A DNA stretch of 64,000 nt, taken from assembly GCF_016433145.1 (NCBI RefSeq), contig NC_058132.1, forward strand, positions 100,304,847 to 100,368,846, read 5' to 3'. Made by a program: the position numbers and the translations under genes. Positions within the stretch are counted from its first letter, which is position 1. Every line of letters starts with the position of its first letter. Below, piece by piece: positions 12,481 to 27,069 of the stretch. This DNA is from Gracilinanus agilis (lineage: Eukaryota). The notes beneath the pieces are model-generated. The model made no database searches, was not told the origin of the DNA, and was given only the letters and a program-made list of their open reading frames with translations.

Positions 12481-14180
12481 ACTTAAAATTTTTTAAAAGC
12501 ATTACATATAAGAAATATTAAATTATAAAACAAATAATTACAAAAATTAGCTATAAATTAGTTACAAAATAAAATTATAAACTGAATAAGACATTAAGTT
12601 GAAAAAATTAAAGAGTACAATATAACATTTCTGTAACATTTTAGAGTTATGAAATATTTGCTTCAAAAAAGCCCAGAATGCAGATTAAGACATATTTTGG
12701 GACAAGGCCAATACAGAATGTTTGGCTTGACTCTATTATTTTGCTTCCCCATCCCCTCCCCTCAACAGGGGAGAAAATGGAAGGATGGGAAAATATACTT
12801 TTAGTTTTAAAAAAGTTTTTTTAAATGTTTTTCCGGGTAACTAAAAAAGCTCAAAGTTCCCAAAAGCTTTTTTTTTTAAAATTCAGTATATTAGATGGAA
12901 TTTTCTTTAAACACATCATACCCTTCCCTGCCTTCTTAACCAAAGGCTATTGGATGCCCTACAACCGTTTTTTGATATCTCAGGGTTGGCAAATTATTCG
13001 TTCCATAAAAGGAGGCACCATGTTATAATTACCTTTCTATTTCCTCCCATTATAAATACAGCACTCAGTACCTGTTTGGCACTTTGAACGGTTGCTGGTG
13101 TTCAAGTGTTCTTGAATTAATAAATATCAATTACTGTATAATAATGTCCTCAGTACCTGGGGAGGGGGGTGATTTTGCTTATATCATAAATTTGTGTCTG
13201 CTTTTAATATTTTTATCTTTCATCTCTCCTGCCAGAGTATCTGAAGTCACTTCTAGACATCCTTCCCACACTCCCAAGCCATTATCTTTGTTCTAGACTC
13301 ACTTTAGTTACCGGTTCAATTTTTAATTGCCAAAACAACGTTTTCTAGCACCGCTCAGATGTTCCTGAATGCCTCTGGAGAAGTCACACAACCAGGTTGA
13401 CAAGGGTCTTCTACAAATTTCTGATGTCCAATCTCAACCAGACACCAACTGCTGCATACACTGGTATCCCTTATATCCCTTCTTGCCAATGCCTTATCTT
13501 CTCCTTGATGCCAACCCTAAGCAGACAGGCTAATTCTTGCCAAAGGTCTTTGGGGATTTTTCCTCTACCCACAAAAGAGAGAAGGAAATAGACCAAACCC
13601 TCAACGGGTCTTTTTTTTGTCTCTCAAGTGGATTGTCTACATTATTACCCAATTATTTACACTTGTACTATAAGAATTTTAATTGACATTTTAATTTTGT
13701 TCCTAAATTATCATTTTTTTTATATTTGGTAATATCAACTTTTTCTTTTACAGCATGAGTTTATAGATAATTACTAAGGGATTGGATAAAATGGTTTCTA
13801 AGCCCCAGCTCCTATATAATCCTGTGAAACTGGTTCTGAGAAGGGTATCTCGACTGGGAAGCAGGAAAATGTGCTGACCTCTCTCTAAGTCAGTCTGAGA
13901 CATTTGACTTTGGATCCTCCCTGTGAGGCTTCCCTGCTATTTCACCATGAGAGTCACTTGACCTCTGGGCCTCTTTTTCCTCCACTATGAAATGGGATTA
14001 ACACTTGTGGTCCCCAATTCAGGTCATATTGCAGATCAAATGAAATCATTGGAAAGCACTTGGCAAACTCTAAAACACTATAGGGTTATTAACAGAAAAC
14101 AGACTTAGACTGAAATAATAGATTGTTACTGCACTGGAGGCTCATTCCTATCCTATTAGGATGTCTGAAAAGTCCAACTC

Positions 14181-14182
<2 letters not shown>

Positions 14183-14236
<54 letters not shown>
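14183..14236. repeat. (GT)n microsatellite
   Basis: Direct read. Confidence 0.95.
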
Positions 14237-14238
<2 letters not shown>

Positions 14239-15062
14239 AGAGGAAGGAGAGGGATGAGGTAGGAAAACCTCTAAAGGAGACTTCAGAGTTAAGCATGAGA
14301 CAGTTTGGTCGTGTTCTGATAAGTTTGAAGCCAAGGCTGATCATTCCACACTTGTCTTTCACAAGTCTTCACTAAACATAGAGAACAAAGCAAAAAAGTG
14401 GCCCAGCCATAACAAGCCTTATGTCAAGAGGTTCCCAAAATATCCCCAGGAGTTCATTTGAAATTCCTCTTTTCTCTGGTGGATAACCTCTGCCCGGAAA
14501 ACCACCGAGAAGTGTGGCACTAAAAGGCAAAGAAAAAAATGGAACATTCACCAGAACTCCTAGAGAACAAACTCCCTCCAAAAAACAAACGCCTCCCCAA
14601 AACGTACAGTCTTTCTCAGTCCTATCAGACAGACTCCCAAAAGGCATCTCTTTAAGTTCTGGACAACTTCTAGCAGGGGGCATTTGGGGTCTCTCTCTCT
14701 ATGACTGCAGTTACAAGTTGTTACAAGCCAGGCCCCATTAGTCCTTGAACCCATTCCCAGTCAAGATAGTCCAATTACTACCAGTCTAGGGACAGCTAGG
14801 GGACTCAGTGGATAGAATACAGGTCTTGAAGTCAGGAAGAACCAATTTCAAATCCACCTTCAGATACTTAGCTGTGTGTCCCTGGGAAAGTTGTTTTTAC
14901 AAATGCTACTGATAGCTCATCTGTAAAATTGGAATAATAGCACCTACTTTTGAAGATTGTTGAGAAAATTGAGATATTTTTCCTTTGCATTATCATATTT
15001 ACTCATATTACTATATGTTGCCTTAAAGTACATGTATGTAAAATTTTCCAGTGGGGGGGAAA

Positions 15063-15125
15063 GGGAGACAGAGAGAGACAGAGAGAGACAGAGAGACAGA
15101 GAGAGACAGAGAGAGACAGAGAGAG
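15063..15125. repeat. (GAGACAGA/GAGAGACAGA)n compound repeat
   Basis: Direct read. Confidence 0.9.
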
Positions 15126-16649
15126 TGCCACCACATGATATATAATAAAATCCAATAGATTCAAAATAAAATACTGTTAAAATGGAGAGAGAACAACAAA
15201 GTCCTAGTGAAACAGCCACTGATTTTTTAGAAAGCAGACCCCAGATCCACTCCAGAGCATCCTCTGGGTCCTTGGTGGCCCTAGCCCTACTCCATCCAGG
15301 GGCCATCATTGACTGAAGGTATCTGAGGTCACAGCCAATGGCAGGCCCTATTTCCTCTGAGTTTCTTCCCAGCAGCTGTATCATTTGCCTTCTCAGGATA
15401 AGAGTTGATATTTCCTCTTGAATCTTATTGTGAGAGAATACATTTGGTCCCGGGGTTGTTTGTTTGCTTTTAAAGAAAAACACCTTAAGTTGCAATTTTT
15501 TCCCCTTTGGGAGGAATAATTTAAGCAACAAAACCACAAACCAAAGCTGTTTGTGATGGAGGAGGCAACTTCTTTTTACTTCGACCCAAGCTCAGGGGTC
15601 ATGAAGTCCTCTTTTCAGAAATGTGGCAGCATTTACTTCAGAAACATGATCTCCGTTGTGATTCTAAATTATAGCTTGTAGAAAAACTACTTTGGCTTGT
15701 CCAAACTTAGCAGAGATCTGGAAAATTCCCTGAACTACCCATATAGATTACGAAGGGTGGCACTTGGGGTCTCCCTGAATGGCATGCTGAGTGAATATCT
15801 GTTGGCTCCCAAATGGCCCAAGCTCTCCCTGTTTCATGGAAAACACTCAAGCACTTGGTAATGGTCCTTGTCAGGTACCAACCAGTCTAACAGGTCTTTG
15901 GGTCCTTCCTAACCCATGAAATCAGGCAGCACCTACGGGTTGGGCCATGTTAGGAACGTTGTAAAATCATCTGTAAAGCACTTTGAAAACCTTAAAGCAC
16001 TACATAAATGCTAGCTACAATAATAACTATTGTTATTAGTAGCCTAAGCCCCTCCCTCTCACTAAGATTACTGTCCTTTGCTACTAAATTTCGCCAACCT
16101 AGGCCTTACAAAAGCCTGTCCAGAAAGCAGGAATCCTAATACTCTTCTTCTCCAAGAAAATCTGGTCTCTAACAATGGGATTAACTATGTTGCAAGTCTC
16201 CACATTCTTTCTCCCTAAGATGCCTGAATAAGACATCCGTGTTCTCAAACCAAAAGTGAACATTTGACCACTCTTCACCTGTTCATCTGACAAAGCACCC
16301 TAATTCCTCCCAGAACCATCTCTCTTCTGTCCCAAAGAATCTTTCTCTGTCATGAGAGGATTATTGAACTCATCCCAGGGCAGAGCTACTCCCCCTTTTT
16401 GATGTCATAGACTCCTTTGGCAGCATAGGGAAATCCATAAACCCCTTCTCTACACATAGGATTGGAAAGAAAACAAGTATAGAGAAATGTAGTTATCAAA
16501 AAAAAATATTTTAAGCAAGTTTACTAATACTTTTGTGCCCTAAGCTATTGCCAGTCCCAAACAGGACTGGGGAAATAGAAAGACTTCCAATTTCTATTGT
16601 ACTGAGCACCACAAAGCTATATCCTCAAAAACTATAAGGTAGGTAGTAT

Positions 16650-16895
16650 AAAGGGCTACTAGGTGACATAGACTTATGAGCCTGGAGTCAGAAAAACTCA
16701 TCTTCATGAGTTCAAATCTAGCCTCAGACACTTACTACTTCTTATTACCTTGAGCAAATCACTTTACATTGTTTGCCTCAGTTTCCTCATCTGTAAAATG
16801 AGCTCGAGAAGGAAATGGCAAACTACTCCAGTTTCTTTGCCAAGAAAACCCCAAATGGGGTCACTGAGAGTCAGACACTACTGAAAAACAACAAA
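16650..16895 (+). mobile_element. MAR1-type SINE (CORE plus RTE-derived tail)
   Basis: CORE followed by gaaggaaatggcaaactactccagtttctttgccaagaaaaccccaaatggggtcac. Confidence 0.85.
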
Positions 16896-18399
16896 AAGGA
16901 GTATAAATATTATAGCCTATACAGAGCTCTCTCTGATCTCTGGCCCCTTATCAGTAGCACTCTCTCTCCTAAAATGATCTTGTTTTCAATCATCTATGAA
17001 TACAAAGAATGTCATTTCTTTCTGGTCAGGCTCTATTTGAAGAAACATTTGTATCCCCCCACCTATCACCTATCACCATGCACTATGCTTCCTAACGGGT
17101 GGTTGAATTCTATTGAATTCTCATTTTCACAGTGCAAGAATCTAACAGATTCTGTAATAGATTAGTTGTTAATTAATCCAATTTCCTAATTAACTCTTAA
17201 TTAGCTAACAAATAATCTATTACAATTCCAAGTCATAAAGCCTGATCAGTGCTGGAGAGAGTAATAAATCCTCAGGTGGATGACTCTAGGTCAACTTGTG
17301 ACAACATGCACATGTGACAATATATGAACATATGAGTGAATGCCCCTGTTGTTGCTGTAACTTGGGAGCAATGGCTTTTAATATGCTTTCACACAGGTTT
17401 AAAATCCAGACAAGGAATTTGACTTAGCTGAGAGTGCTCCACCTGAGTTAACCACAAAGTGGGGCTCTTTTAAGTTTTTCTTTTTTGTTTTAAACCAGAT
17501 TGCAACCTCATCTACTAGCTACCTTTTTTTCCTAGAAAAATCACAGGCATTTTATCTAGAAGTAGACAGATGAGCATGGACTGCTGTAGTATGTCCCATT
17601 TAACTGGTGTGTCATTCATATTCAACCCTACTCATCCATCTTACACACCAGGTAGAACAAAGGGTAGTAAGGAGATAGCTCTCAAGAGAAGGCTCTCAAG
17701 ACCTGGCCTGTTTCCCCTACTATAGCCACACTACTTAAGCTTTCCTCTTAAAATCAGCTTTGAACCTCTCTACTATCCCAAGTCTCATCGTGGGGATGAA
17801 AAAGTGATAAAATAGAAAAACACAGAATTTACTATATTTATATTTTAGGCTTAGCTCCTATTCATCCAGCACAATTCACTGCTCTCAGTTAACCCTCAGC
17901 CCCCAACAAGATTTAGACACCCAGAATTAAAATGTGAAAAAAATATATAGATATAGATATTATTTGTATAACAGCCCGGTGCTTGGCACATGGTTAATAT
18001 TTAATAGATGTGTGTTCTCTTACCTTTCCCATCATCCATCATTCTTGCTGCCCTCTCAGAAAATAGTTACAATCCTCAATGTGTAATTCAGTAACTGTGG
18101 TTCATGTGAGTGGAGACAAGGTCAAGGAAGGCAAAGGAGCAAAGCTTTAGGAGGCTCGATTCTGACTCCCTCCCATCCCTAGCAGGACTCATGGAGGGAA
18201 TACGGCTAATCTCCATATCTTTTCCCTTGAAGGCTGGTCTCTGCCTTGAATTACTTTAATGTCACTGTACTGGAAATCCGCATGTATACATCACAAGCAC
18301 CAAAATACAGTAAACATCAACACTTAAGGAGAACAATTATTCCCAAATCCCAAGTAATCATCCTGTTAGTCCCATCGACGCCATGTCCCAATGGCCATT

Positions 18400-20880
18400 A
18401 CAATAGACCCAGCAGCTCAATGGAAGGTAACACTTGACAAGCTTTTCCAGCAGCTACTTTATATTACATGCAGAACATTTTACATGCATATATCAGCATA
18501 GAAAATCGTACTGCAGATTTTAAGCCACACTTACTGATGATTAGGACTTGTACTTCGGATGGAGTCTTGAAAGGAGGAGATAATGTAAAGCTAGCAATAA
18601 AATATCAATAGGCTAACAGACAGTCAGCAACAAACAGGATTAGCATTAGCAAATAAGCAAATTGCAATAATGCTAAGCTCTCAAATGTTAGCCGTAGTAC
18701 CTTCATAGCCATAACATGTAAGCAAATAAATATAAACAGTAAAACATTACTCACAACTGTGGATTTTAAATTTAATATTCAATAAGTCCAAAGTATAATA
18801 TTTATAAAGATTTATTAATATTTAACTAGAGAGCTAGAGAACACAGGAAACGTTCCCCACTCACTTCACGTGGAAGAGAGAGCTAGAGGGGCATTACCTA
18901 AAACTTATATGCAATCACACAGAAAGGAAAAGGAATTGTGAGTAATACAGAAAGGAATTTTGGGCAATGCAGTTCCAGGGGTTCAAGATTTTTCAACTAT
19001 ATAGAACCTAAAGCAATTAATATGAGCGAATAATGGTATTATTCCCCCAACTACCTGTATATCTCCTTCTCCACTTTTTGTCTCTTTGTTGAGCCTGAAA
19101 ACCACCTCAGTTATATAAAATAACATCATTTATTCGTTAGATCTCTTTTGAGCTGAAATCCAGTCAGTAACACCGTATTTTTCACACACACACACACACA
19201 CACACACACCACTTAAGAATGCCCTTCATTGAACAATAAAAATGATTAATTTTATCAAATCGCTACCCATATGTCCACATACTTTTATATCATGTGATGA
19301 AATGGAAGTTTGAATATAATCCTTTTGAGACATACTCAAGTCTAATGGTTGACTCAAAGTAAAGAATTTATTCTCTTTATGGTTTGAATTCTACACCGAA
19401 TCAGCCTCCTTTTTCATGGAACACGTCTTTACTTCAAAGAGCAATGGATACATTGCGGTATTCAGACTTCAGTAGGTGGCAGAAATTTTCTCAAATGTAA
19501 AGCAAGTGTCACTTCAAGGAAAACAACTGAAAATATTTGTTGCCAATGATGAAATTCCAGCTTTCAAGCAAAAATGAGAATCTTGGAAAGCTTGTATCTG
19601 CTACTGTGCGTCTAACAGTTTCCCAATACTTACAGACTTTTCTGATGGAGTTGGTCATAGTAATGAATGTGATTTTTTTATATTACTCATTATGGAATGT
19701 GCCCACACAAAGACAATCTGTATAACTGAGTGAACCAATATTTTCCAAATGATCAATGCCTACTGTCACAAAATCACTGAAAGTATAAGAGAGATGAATG
19801 TTTTTTCATAAAAACAGAATGTAAAGTTCTTTGATATGGTCTTAGATTTCTGCAACTGACCTTAACAAACTACCACTTGAGTTTTGGGTGTAGTATCAAA
19901 GACAATCCATAATTACCTGAAAAGGCTAGTAATAGACAACTTCCTTTTTCTACTATCTATCTAGGTAAGACCAAATTTTCTGAGTGTAATTCAGCTAAAA
20001 TGATCTATCACAATAGATTGAATGCAAAAGCAGATATGAGAATCCAGCTGTCTTTTATCAAGTCAGATATGAAAAAGATAAGCAAAAAGGTAAACTAGCA
20101 ACTAATCTTTTCACAAAAAAGTTACTATTCATAAAATATTTTATTTCTGTTAACATGTAATAGGTTTATTGTTATCTAGATGAATAAATGTTTTAAAATT
20201 TTATCCAGATAGAAATAATACACATAAACAAAAATTCTTTTAGGGTCCTCAAAACCTCTTAAGGTGGTGATGACAAACCTATGACACATGTGTCAGCACT
20301 GACACGCATAGCCGTTTTCTTTTTTTTTTAATTCTTACCTTCTGCCTTGGAACCAATGTGTTGGCTCCAAGGCAGAATAGTGGTAAGGGCTAGGCAATGG
20401 GGGTCAAGTGACTTGCCCAGGGTCACACAGCTAGGAAGTGTCTGAGGCCAAATTTGAACCCAGGACCTCCTGTCTCTAGGCCTGGCTCTCAAACCACTGA
20501 GCTACCCAGCTGCCCCCATACATGTAGCCATTTATTTTCAATGACATGCAGCTACATGCGGCCGCATACAGAGAAGTATGGGGCCGCATGCCGAGGATGA
20601 AACATTTGCTGTAGTGTAATGTAGACACTTTGTGCACTATAGATGACAATTCTACCTATATTAATTTACCTATTTTGGTTTATTAAATACAGTTATATAT
20701 TACAATTATACATTTTTGTTATTTAAATTATACATATCACAAGATTATGGTTTTTTTCTCGAAGTGACACACAACCTGAGTTATGCTTGTTTTTTGGCAA
20801 ATTTTGGCATGCCAAGCTCAAAAGGTTGCCCATCACTGTCTTAAGGGGTCCTGAGGTAAAAAAGTTTAAGAGCCATTGTG
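18400..20880 (+). mobile_element. Charlie1-like hAT DNA transposon fossil, interrupted by a MITE; left boundary uncertain
   Basis: Degenerate transposase motifs IKMINFIKS..P...CDEM, HTQVxWL, SLQGKQL.IFVANDEI.AFK and NRLNAKADMRIQLS.IK.D at 19210-20090; terminus ...aaaaagtttaagagccattg. Confidence 0.8.
20265..20838 (+). mobile_element. Non-autonomous hAT (hAT1-like TIR) with nested SINE1_Mdo (about 20318-20517)
   Basis: Ends tggtgatgacaaacct / aggttgcccatcactg; perfect 8-bp TSD TCTTAAGG at 20257-20264 and 20839-20846. Confidence 0.9.
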
Positions 20881-23800
20881 CTAGAATATACTGTTGTCTA
20901 CCAATGGGGCCCTATGTCAAGCTGAGATGAGACTATTCCTTAATACTTTATCCCCCAGCCCATGTATCACTCTAGGAGAGGAAAAACAAATTCACCTATA
21001 CCTGGACCAGTCCAGGTTGAAACCTTGAGCTCTAGGACAGGTCTCCATCCAACCATCTTCTGAGGGTTTGGGGAACAATGCCCTCTCTACTTCCAAAGCC
21101 TCATCCCACCCCTTCTTTACCTGCCTCCAAGGTGAAGAACATAATATTGAGCTCAAAATTTTTACAACAAAGCTTGGAGCTAGTAGACTTTTCTCCTCAT
21201 CTAATGCCCACTATTAACCTGCTGTTTTTCACACCATTCCTATAATTAATCAGTGGCCATTTAGAAGGAAGCAGTCACTTGCCCCCTCAAGCTTCTTCCA
21301 TTTCCCCTAACCCAAACCAGCCTATGTCCTATATCCAATCCTAACTCAACTAAAACAACTAAAAACTGTTGCAAAATTCCAAAGAACAAGCATGACATTC
21401 AAAAAGGAAATAAGAAAATACACCTCCCTCTCCATTACTTTGCTGAGAAGGGAGTAGTAGGGATATCAGTGTAAAATATAATATTTTTTTCAGTGTATTG
21501 CTATATGGAATGGCCCTCTTGGAAAAGGAAGGGAGAGGAATACAGGAAGAAATGGAATCAATGTAAAAAAATACTAATAAAATCTTATTTTTGAAGAAAA
21601 AAAAATCCTAACTCTTCCACTGAGCCCTTTGAATTCCAATTCAAACAAAGTTCCTTTCAGACTAACCTCTCCCTCTTACATTCTTTCTACCAAAGACATC
21701 TGGCCACCCTCAGGTGACCCTGTTTTTTCTTGAGCTTTTCTCTCCAGCACTCTTCTCTCACCCAACCCATTCACTGGGATTAGAGGGGGAGGGAGAATAT
21801 TCCTTGTACACCATAGTTGCTTCTAGACTCTTGCTTTGACTCCTTTGTTCATCACGCATTGCCTCTTTGGAAGTCTACTCTGAAAATTTTCACCCAATGA
21901 AAATGGTGCTGCATAGTATACTATGATGTAGAGTATACTGTAGAAAGACCCCTGGATCGTTCTCCCTTCTTTCTCAAGGACTCTATACCTGGACCACCAT
22001 TTTCCTTTCTTTCCTAGCTCATACTCTCATACATGCCAAAGAAGTATCTTCTCAAAAGACCATTTACTGGAACTGAAGCATCCAGAAAGTATAAAACAAG
22101 CTCCTGGTAACTGTGAACTTAGAAACCACCCACAGAGAAGAATTTTTAACCCTCCAAAATGATTTTCTTTCCCATTCCCCAACCCTAAATCCAAGAATTC
22201 TTTGGCTTTTCAGTGTTCACATTCCCAAGCTAAGCACATTGCTTTGCACAGGACAATTAATATTTGTGGAAGTCAAGTCCAGTGTCTCTCCCCCTTTTAC
22301 ACAGAAGGAAAAAAAAATCTCAAATGCCCATAGGTACACTTCTATCTCCCAGGAGGTGCCTATTTTCTGCCCTAAGAAGAAAAGTCAGTGAGGACAGTTC
22401 TCCCACTGGTTTCTCAAGACAATACGTTCTTCCCTATGATATTTCATCCTTTTACCCTTCGGGCCTACCTCTTCTACACTGAGATGCCAAAAGTACCCAA
22501 AACCAGGTCAGTCTTTTTGGGAAATTATTGATACCAATTTAGTGGGTGCCTCAGTGGTCCAGGACACTCTTTGAAATGGACAGTCTTTCCCATCTTAGTA
22601 ATAACTATTTCTTCTTGTTCCAAGTTATAGCTTGAGAAGGCTAAGAGACATGAAAAAGCTGAAAAATATAGAGATGCAGACCATCAGCCCCACATCCTGC
22701 TGCAGAAAACACTTGTCTTGGGGGATCAATATGTGTCCCCTCTATAGAGAACTAGCCTAATCATAGCACCTGGCCCCCTCCCCACCACAGAAGCACATAC
22801 TTCCAACATGTTCATTCATTACTTTATATATGCTAAAGGAAAATCTTATTCCGAAAAAGCCTGGTTACTTGGCATGAGGGGCATTCTTAGGACACAGGAA
22901 TGAGCTCTTGGTAACAGTAAACTTAGAAACCTCACACAGACAAAAGAGTTGTTAATCCTCCTCCAATTGTTTCCATCTAAATAATTCCTTGCCTTGAACT
23001 ATCAGTCCATATTATTTTGCCCATGACAAGGTATCTATTAATTCTAGCAGAAACTCAGCTCCTAAAAGGCCTGGTCTGTTTTGTTTTGGTCATTAGTGTT
23101 TTTAATCTCACATATGAACAAAGTGCCTTGTACATAATTGGAAGGTAATAATGTTTAAGTGAATCCAGGACTGCTCCTTCAGAAGCCCACAACTTCACTG
23201 CTCTCTTCCAGGAGGATTTTATTTTTTCCCAAAAAAGAAGAATCAAAGGAAACGGTCCTCCCATTGGTTCCCCCAGGATGAGGTACCGATGCTGCCAAGA
23301 TTTCACACACTTATCCCTTCTATCCTGTCTGCTCTGAACTTAAAGAACACAACTAGGCAGCCCTTTTGTTAAAGTTTTACATCAAATGAAGTAAGTGTAT
23401 CTCTGAGTCCAGGGCGGAGAGATTTCTAAGCCAGTCTGCTCCTCTTCTATGTTTCTGGGAAGAACTAAGGCTTGTTATTGGTGGATTCAGCCTAAAAGAC
23501 AAGAGGCAGAATACCAACTCGACCTCCTAACCAGAAAGGCACCTCTCACTTAGCGCTCTCATCTCCCCCAGAAGACCAGACTAGTAATGGCAAAGCCAGA
23601 CTTCATCACCCACTACAGAAAACAATGAAGCTTCCTTCAATAATTTGAAGACACATTGCTTTTTACACACATGCCAGGAAAAAAATCTTCCCAAAACACA
23701 ATGCCACATGCAACTAGAGCATCTAAGCACAGGAATTAGTTCTTGGCCCAAGTAAACAAAGAAATCTTCTTCAGAAAAAGAGTTTTGTTTATTTTTTAAA

Positions 23801-24329
23801 CCCTTGCCTTCTGTATGAAGTATCTCTTCCAAAATAGAAGATAAGAGCAATAAAAAATAGGTCATTGAGGCTAAGTGACTTTCCCAGGGTCACACAGCTA
23901 GGAAGTGTTTTGAGGCCATATTTACACCCGAGTAAATTTTTACCCATCTATTACCCACCAAAGCCCCCTAGCTTCCCTCAGGTGACCCTGTCTCTCTGGC
24001 TTTTCTCTCTAGCTCTGGCTAGAAGTCTCACACAACCCAAACCCTGGGAATAGATGGGGAAGGAGAATACTCCTTGTTCACCATGGTCACTTTCATACTC
24101 TTCCTTTACCTCCTTCATTCAGTACACTTTCCTCTTTGGAAGTCCACTCACAGGAAGTTTTCTACTCCATCAAAATTATGCTAGCTATAATATATTAACC
24201 CCCAGGTCATTTTTCCTTCTTTCCAAAGGATTTCTGGACATGAATAACAAATCTATCTCCCTTTCTCAGCCTAGACCCTAGTAGTAGGGGGTTTTGATAT
24301 TTATGTATATGCTTCCTTAAACTCTATCA

Positions 24330-25300
24330 CCTCCTATTTTCTCAGCCTCCTTGAGTTCCAAGACCCATTCCTTCACTGTATCTCAGCCACACATAAGGAT
24401 ACTGGGCAAACATTATTAGATCTCACCATTACAAAAGTGTGTTCCTTTTCCCAAACTGGAAATTCTGACATTCCTTTATTTGACCACAGCTTCCTATCAT
24501 CCCAACCCTCCCTATGGTTCATCCTGTTTAATCTGTTATTGAGATCTCCAATCCCACCCCCTTCAGTATTTTCTCAGGCTAGTGGTCCTGCTGACTTCTC
24601 TCCCCACCCATTCCCCATCCAACTTCATGCTTATTAGACAGTCATTTCAATTGCTTTTGAAGGTAATATCAGATTGAGCCCTGAACTTTCTATAACAATT
24701 TAGTGATAGTGGGTTTTTCTCCCCACCTGACAGTCATTATTATCCTACTCTTTTCCTCCCCAATCCTATAGAATTTATTCAGTCCTCTTCTCTTGATTCC
24801 TTTGTTCTCTTGCCCGGTTCACCACTCTCCTCTGACCAACCTCTATTCTGAGTAATTCCCACCAAGAATTTCTTCTACTCCTATTCATGAGCTGCTGTTG
24901 AATCATACTAGAGTAAATATCACATGTGTGTGGCTGGATACATTACAAATGTGCATTACACAAATTCAAGTGGACCACCATTAATTCTCCATATCACTAC
25001 TCAGAGAATCTATTCCCAATTATTTTCTCATCCTCTCTGCCAGTCACTGACAGAAGTGACCCTTCTGGTCTAAGACGTCCCCAAGCTTGGTTTAGCACTT
25101 AATCCAACCCCTTTCCCCTTCTCAGTAATCCTCATCTTACTCATAGTTTCAATCTTTTGCTCTCTATTGGTACCTTCCCTACTGCCTTTGAAAAAACCTT
25201 GTAGCAGACCCATCTGCCCAAGACATAATCCTTTATCACTTCTGCTTTTCTCAGCAGAACTCTTTTTAAACATTGTATATATTTGCTGCCTCAAAGAAAT
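24330..25300 (+). mobile_element. L2 LINE ORF2 fragment (endonuclease end)
   Basis: tcagccacacataaggat...ttagatctcaccattacaaaag...tctgacattcctttatttgaccac resembles L2 (ATH.G..LDL.IT...SDH). Confidence 0.75.
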
Positions 25301-25958
25301 AAGAGATATCTAAAAGATTAGAAGCTACATCACCCCAAACTCCTGACCATTAAAAAGGCACCTCTTACTAGGAAGGGGAAATAAGCCTGTTTCACACACT
25401 GCAAGATCTGCCCAGCCCTGTTGTTACCATTAGAAACGAAGCTTCCTTTATTCTTCTGTCCAAACATCTGTACCTCTTTACACATGTCTCAGGAAAATCC
25501 TCTTCCTCAAAGACATGATAATAGGGAACAGTAGCATCCAGAAAACATAGGGATAAACTCTTACCACCACTGAAGTTAGACATGTTCTACAAACAGCAGT
25601 TATTTATCCCCAAAATGATTTTCTCTGACTTACCCACAATCCTAGAAATTCACTGCCTGAAAATGAATACCATTCCACATCCTTATCCTGGTATCATGTT
25701 ATCCCTTGACCATAGACATAGGTTAAGAGAACACCTTGTTCAAAACAAACAAAACCAATTTTTGCTTCATTTTATCTCAAATCCCTTTTTCAGAGAAGGA
25801 AAATAATGTCCAGGGGCCAAAAGACACAGAGCATACTTCAGCATTTGGTTACTTTCCACTATATTCCCTCCCCTTTTAAAAGTGCACCACTCATACAAAT
25901 TATGTCAGTTCTTTTGGAAAATGACTTATCCAATTAAAGTGAGTACCACTGTCTAGAG

Positions 25959-26151
25959 CAGTGATTCCCAAAGTGGGTGCCACCACCCCCTGGTGGGTGC
26001 TGCAGCGATCTAGGAAGCGGTGATGGCCACAGGTGCATTTATCTTTCCTATTAATTGCTATTAAAATTTTAAAAAAATTAATTTCCAGGGGGCTAAGTAA
26101 TATTTTTTTCTGGAAAGGGGGCAGTAGGCCAAAAAAGTTTGGGAACCACTG
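25959..26151 (+). mobile_element. hAT MITE, copy 1
   Basis: Ends cagtgattcccaaagt / tttgggaaccactg; 8-bp TSD GTCTAGAG. Confidence 0.95.
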
Positions 26152-26179
26152 GTCTAGAGGACAGAGCATGGATGGATTG

Positions 26180-26427
26180 TGAAATCTTGTACCTTTGAAC
26201 TACATTACCCAGGAGCCCACTGACTTCCTGTCACTATGTGCTGACATAGATAGGAGATGAATTCGGTGGGTTTCCATGAATAGCTCTCTTTCCTTGCTAT
26301 GAGGGCAGCTGTGAATGTGGGCTTGTGGTTTCATTTTGTTACCTTTTTATTCCTTTGCTTCCAGTGATTATTAATAAATATTTAAAAATATATTTGAAGT
26401 TACTATAAATTAATTTTAATTTTTACA
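26180..26427 (+). mobile_element. Short solo LTR
   Basis: TG...CA ends, aataaa at about 26373, 4-bp TSD ATTG, gaactacattaccca motif. Confidence 0.65.
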
Positions 26428-27069
26428 ATTGTCTTGTCCACCTTAGAAATACAAATAAAAGCAGCTCCTGCCGGTACTGAGTACAGCTGGCAAAGTACCT
26501 AGAAGATGAGTAGGGCTTTGGGACCCTGCAGCTAAAATTTAAACAGCTGTGTGCTATTTATTTTAAGGTAAAAGGAAAAAAAAAATTTTTTTAACTTACC
26601 TCTTAAGCTGTGTTGAGTTGAGGTTTACAGAGTGAAAGAAGAGTCAAGAAAATATCAGAAGATTGAGGGTAATTGGCACAAACTTAGTGTCTGCACGCCT
26701 CCTGTGTATGGGAAATGTGCACTGCGCCTCTACTTCATCTTATTACTGCAAATTCCCCCAGAAGCAGGTCCAACACACATACAGTGGAGGTGAATCAAAG
26801 GTAGAAAATGCACTCAGATGCCTTTTTCAGAGCAGGCCAAAAGCTGGTGGTCAGTGGAACATTGGCCCCTCGCACTGGTGGTCAGCAAATTCCAAAGGAA
26901 CTTTTGCTGAGAATCACTGCGTTGGATGATTGGTTCAGGGAATATCCATTTCTTTAGTGTTAGCTATTTTTGATATAGGGATAGATTTGAATTGGGTGCC
27001 TCATTTAAAAAAAAAAATTTGTGTTTTTGCAAACTCCAAGTCTTGAACACCCAAAAATGAACACCCAAA

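Noticed and set aside
10181-15537. ORFs with SLSLSL, HTHTHT, CVCVCV or RERQR runs
   Set aside because: Translations of microsatellites.
25392-25583. Array block as protein-coding (LCFLDATVP..HVFEEEDFPETCVK, echoed in other copies)
   Set aside because: Other copies have stops and frameshifts, the peptide matches nothing I recognise, and the similarity follows from DNA homology alone.
26596-26670. Minus-strand pyrimidine tract-AG followed 8 nt later by |gtaagt (possible microexon)
   Set aside because: It lies in unassigned, probably transposon-derived sequence with no other support.
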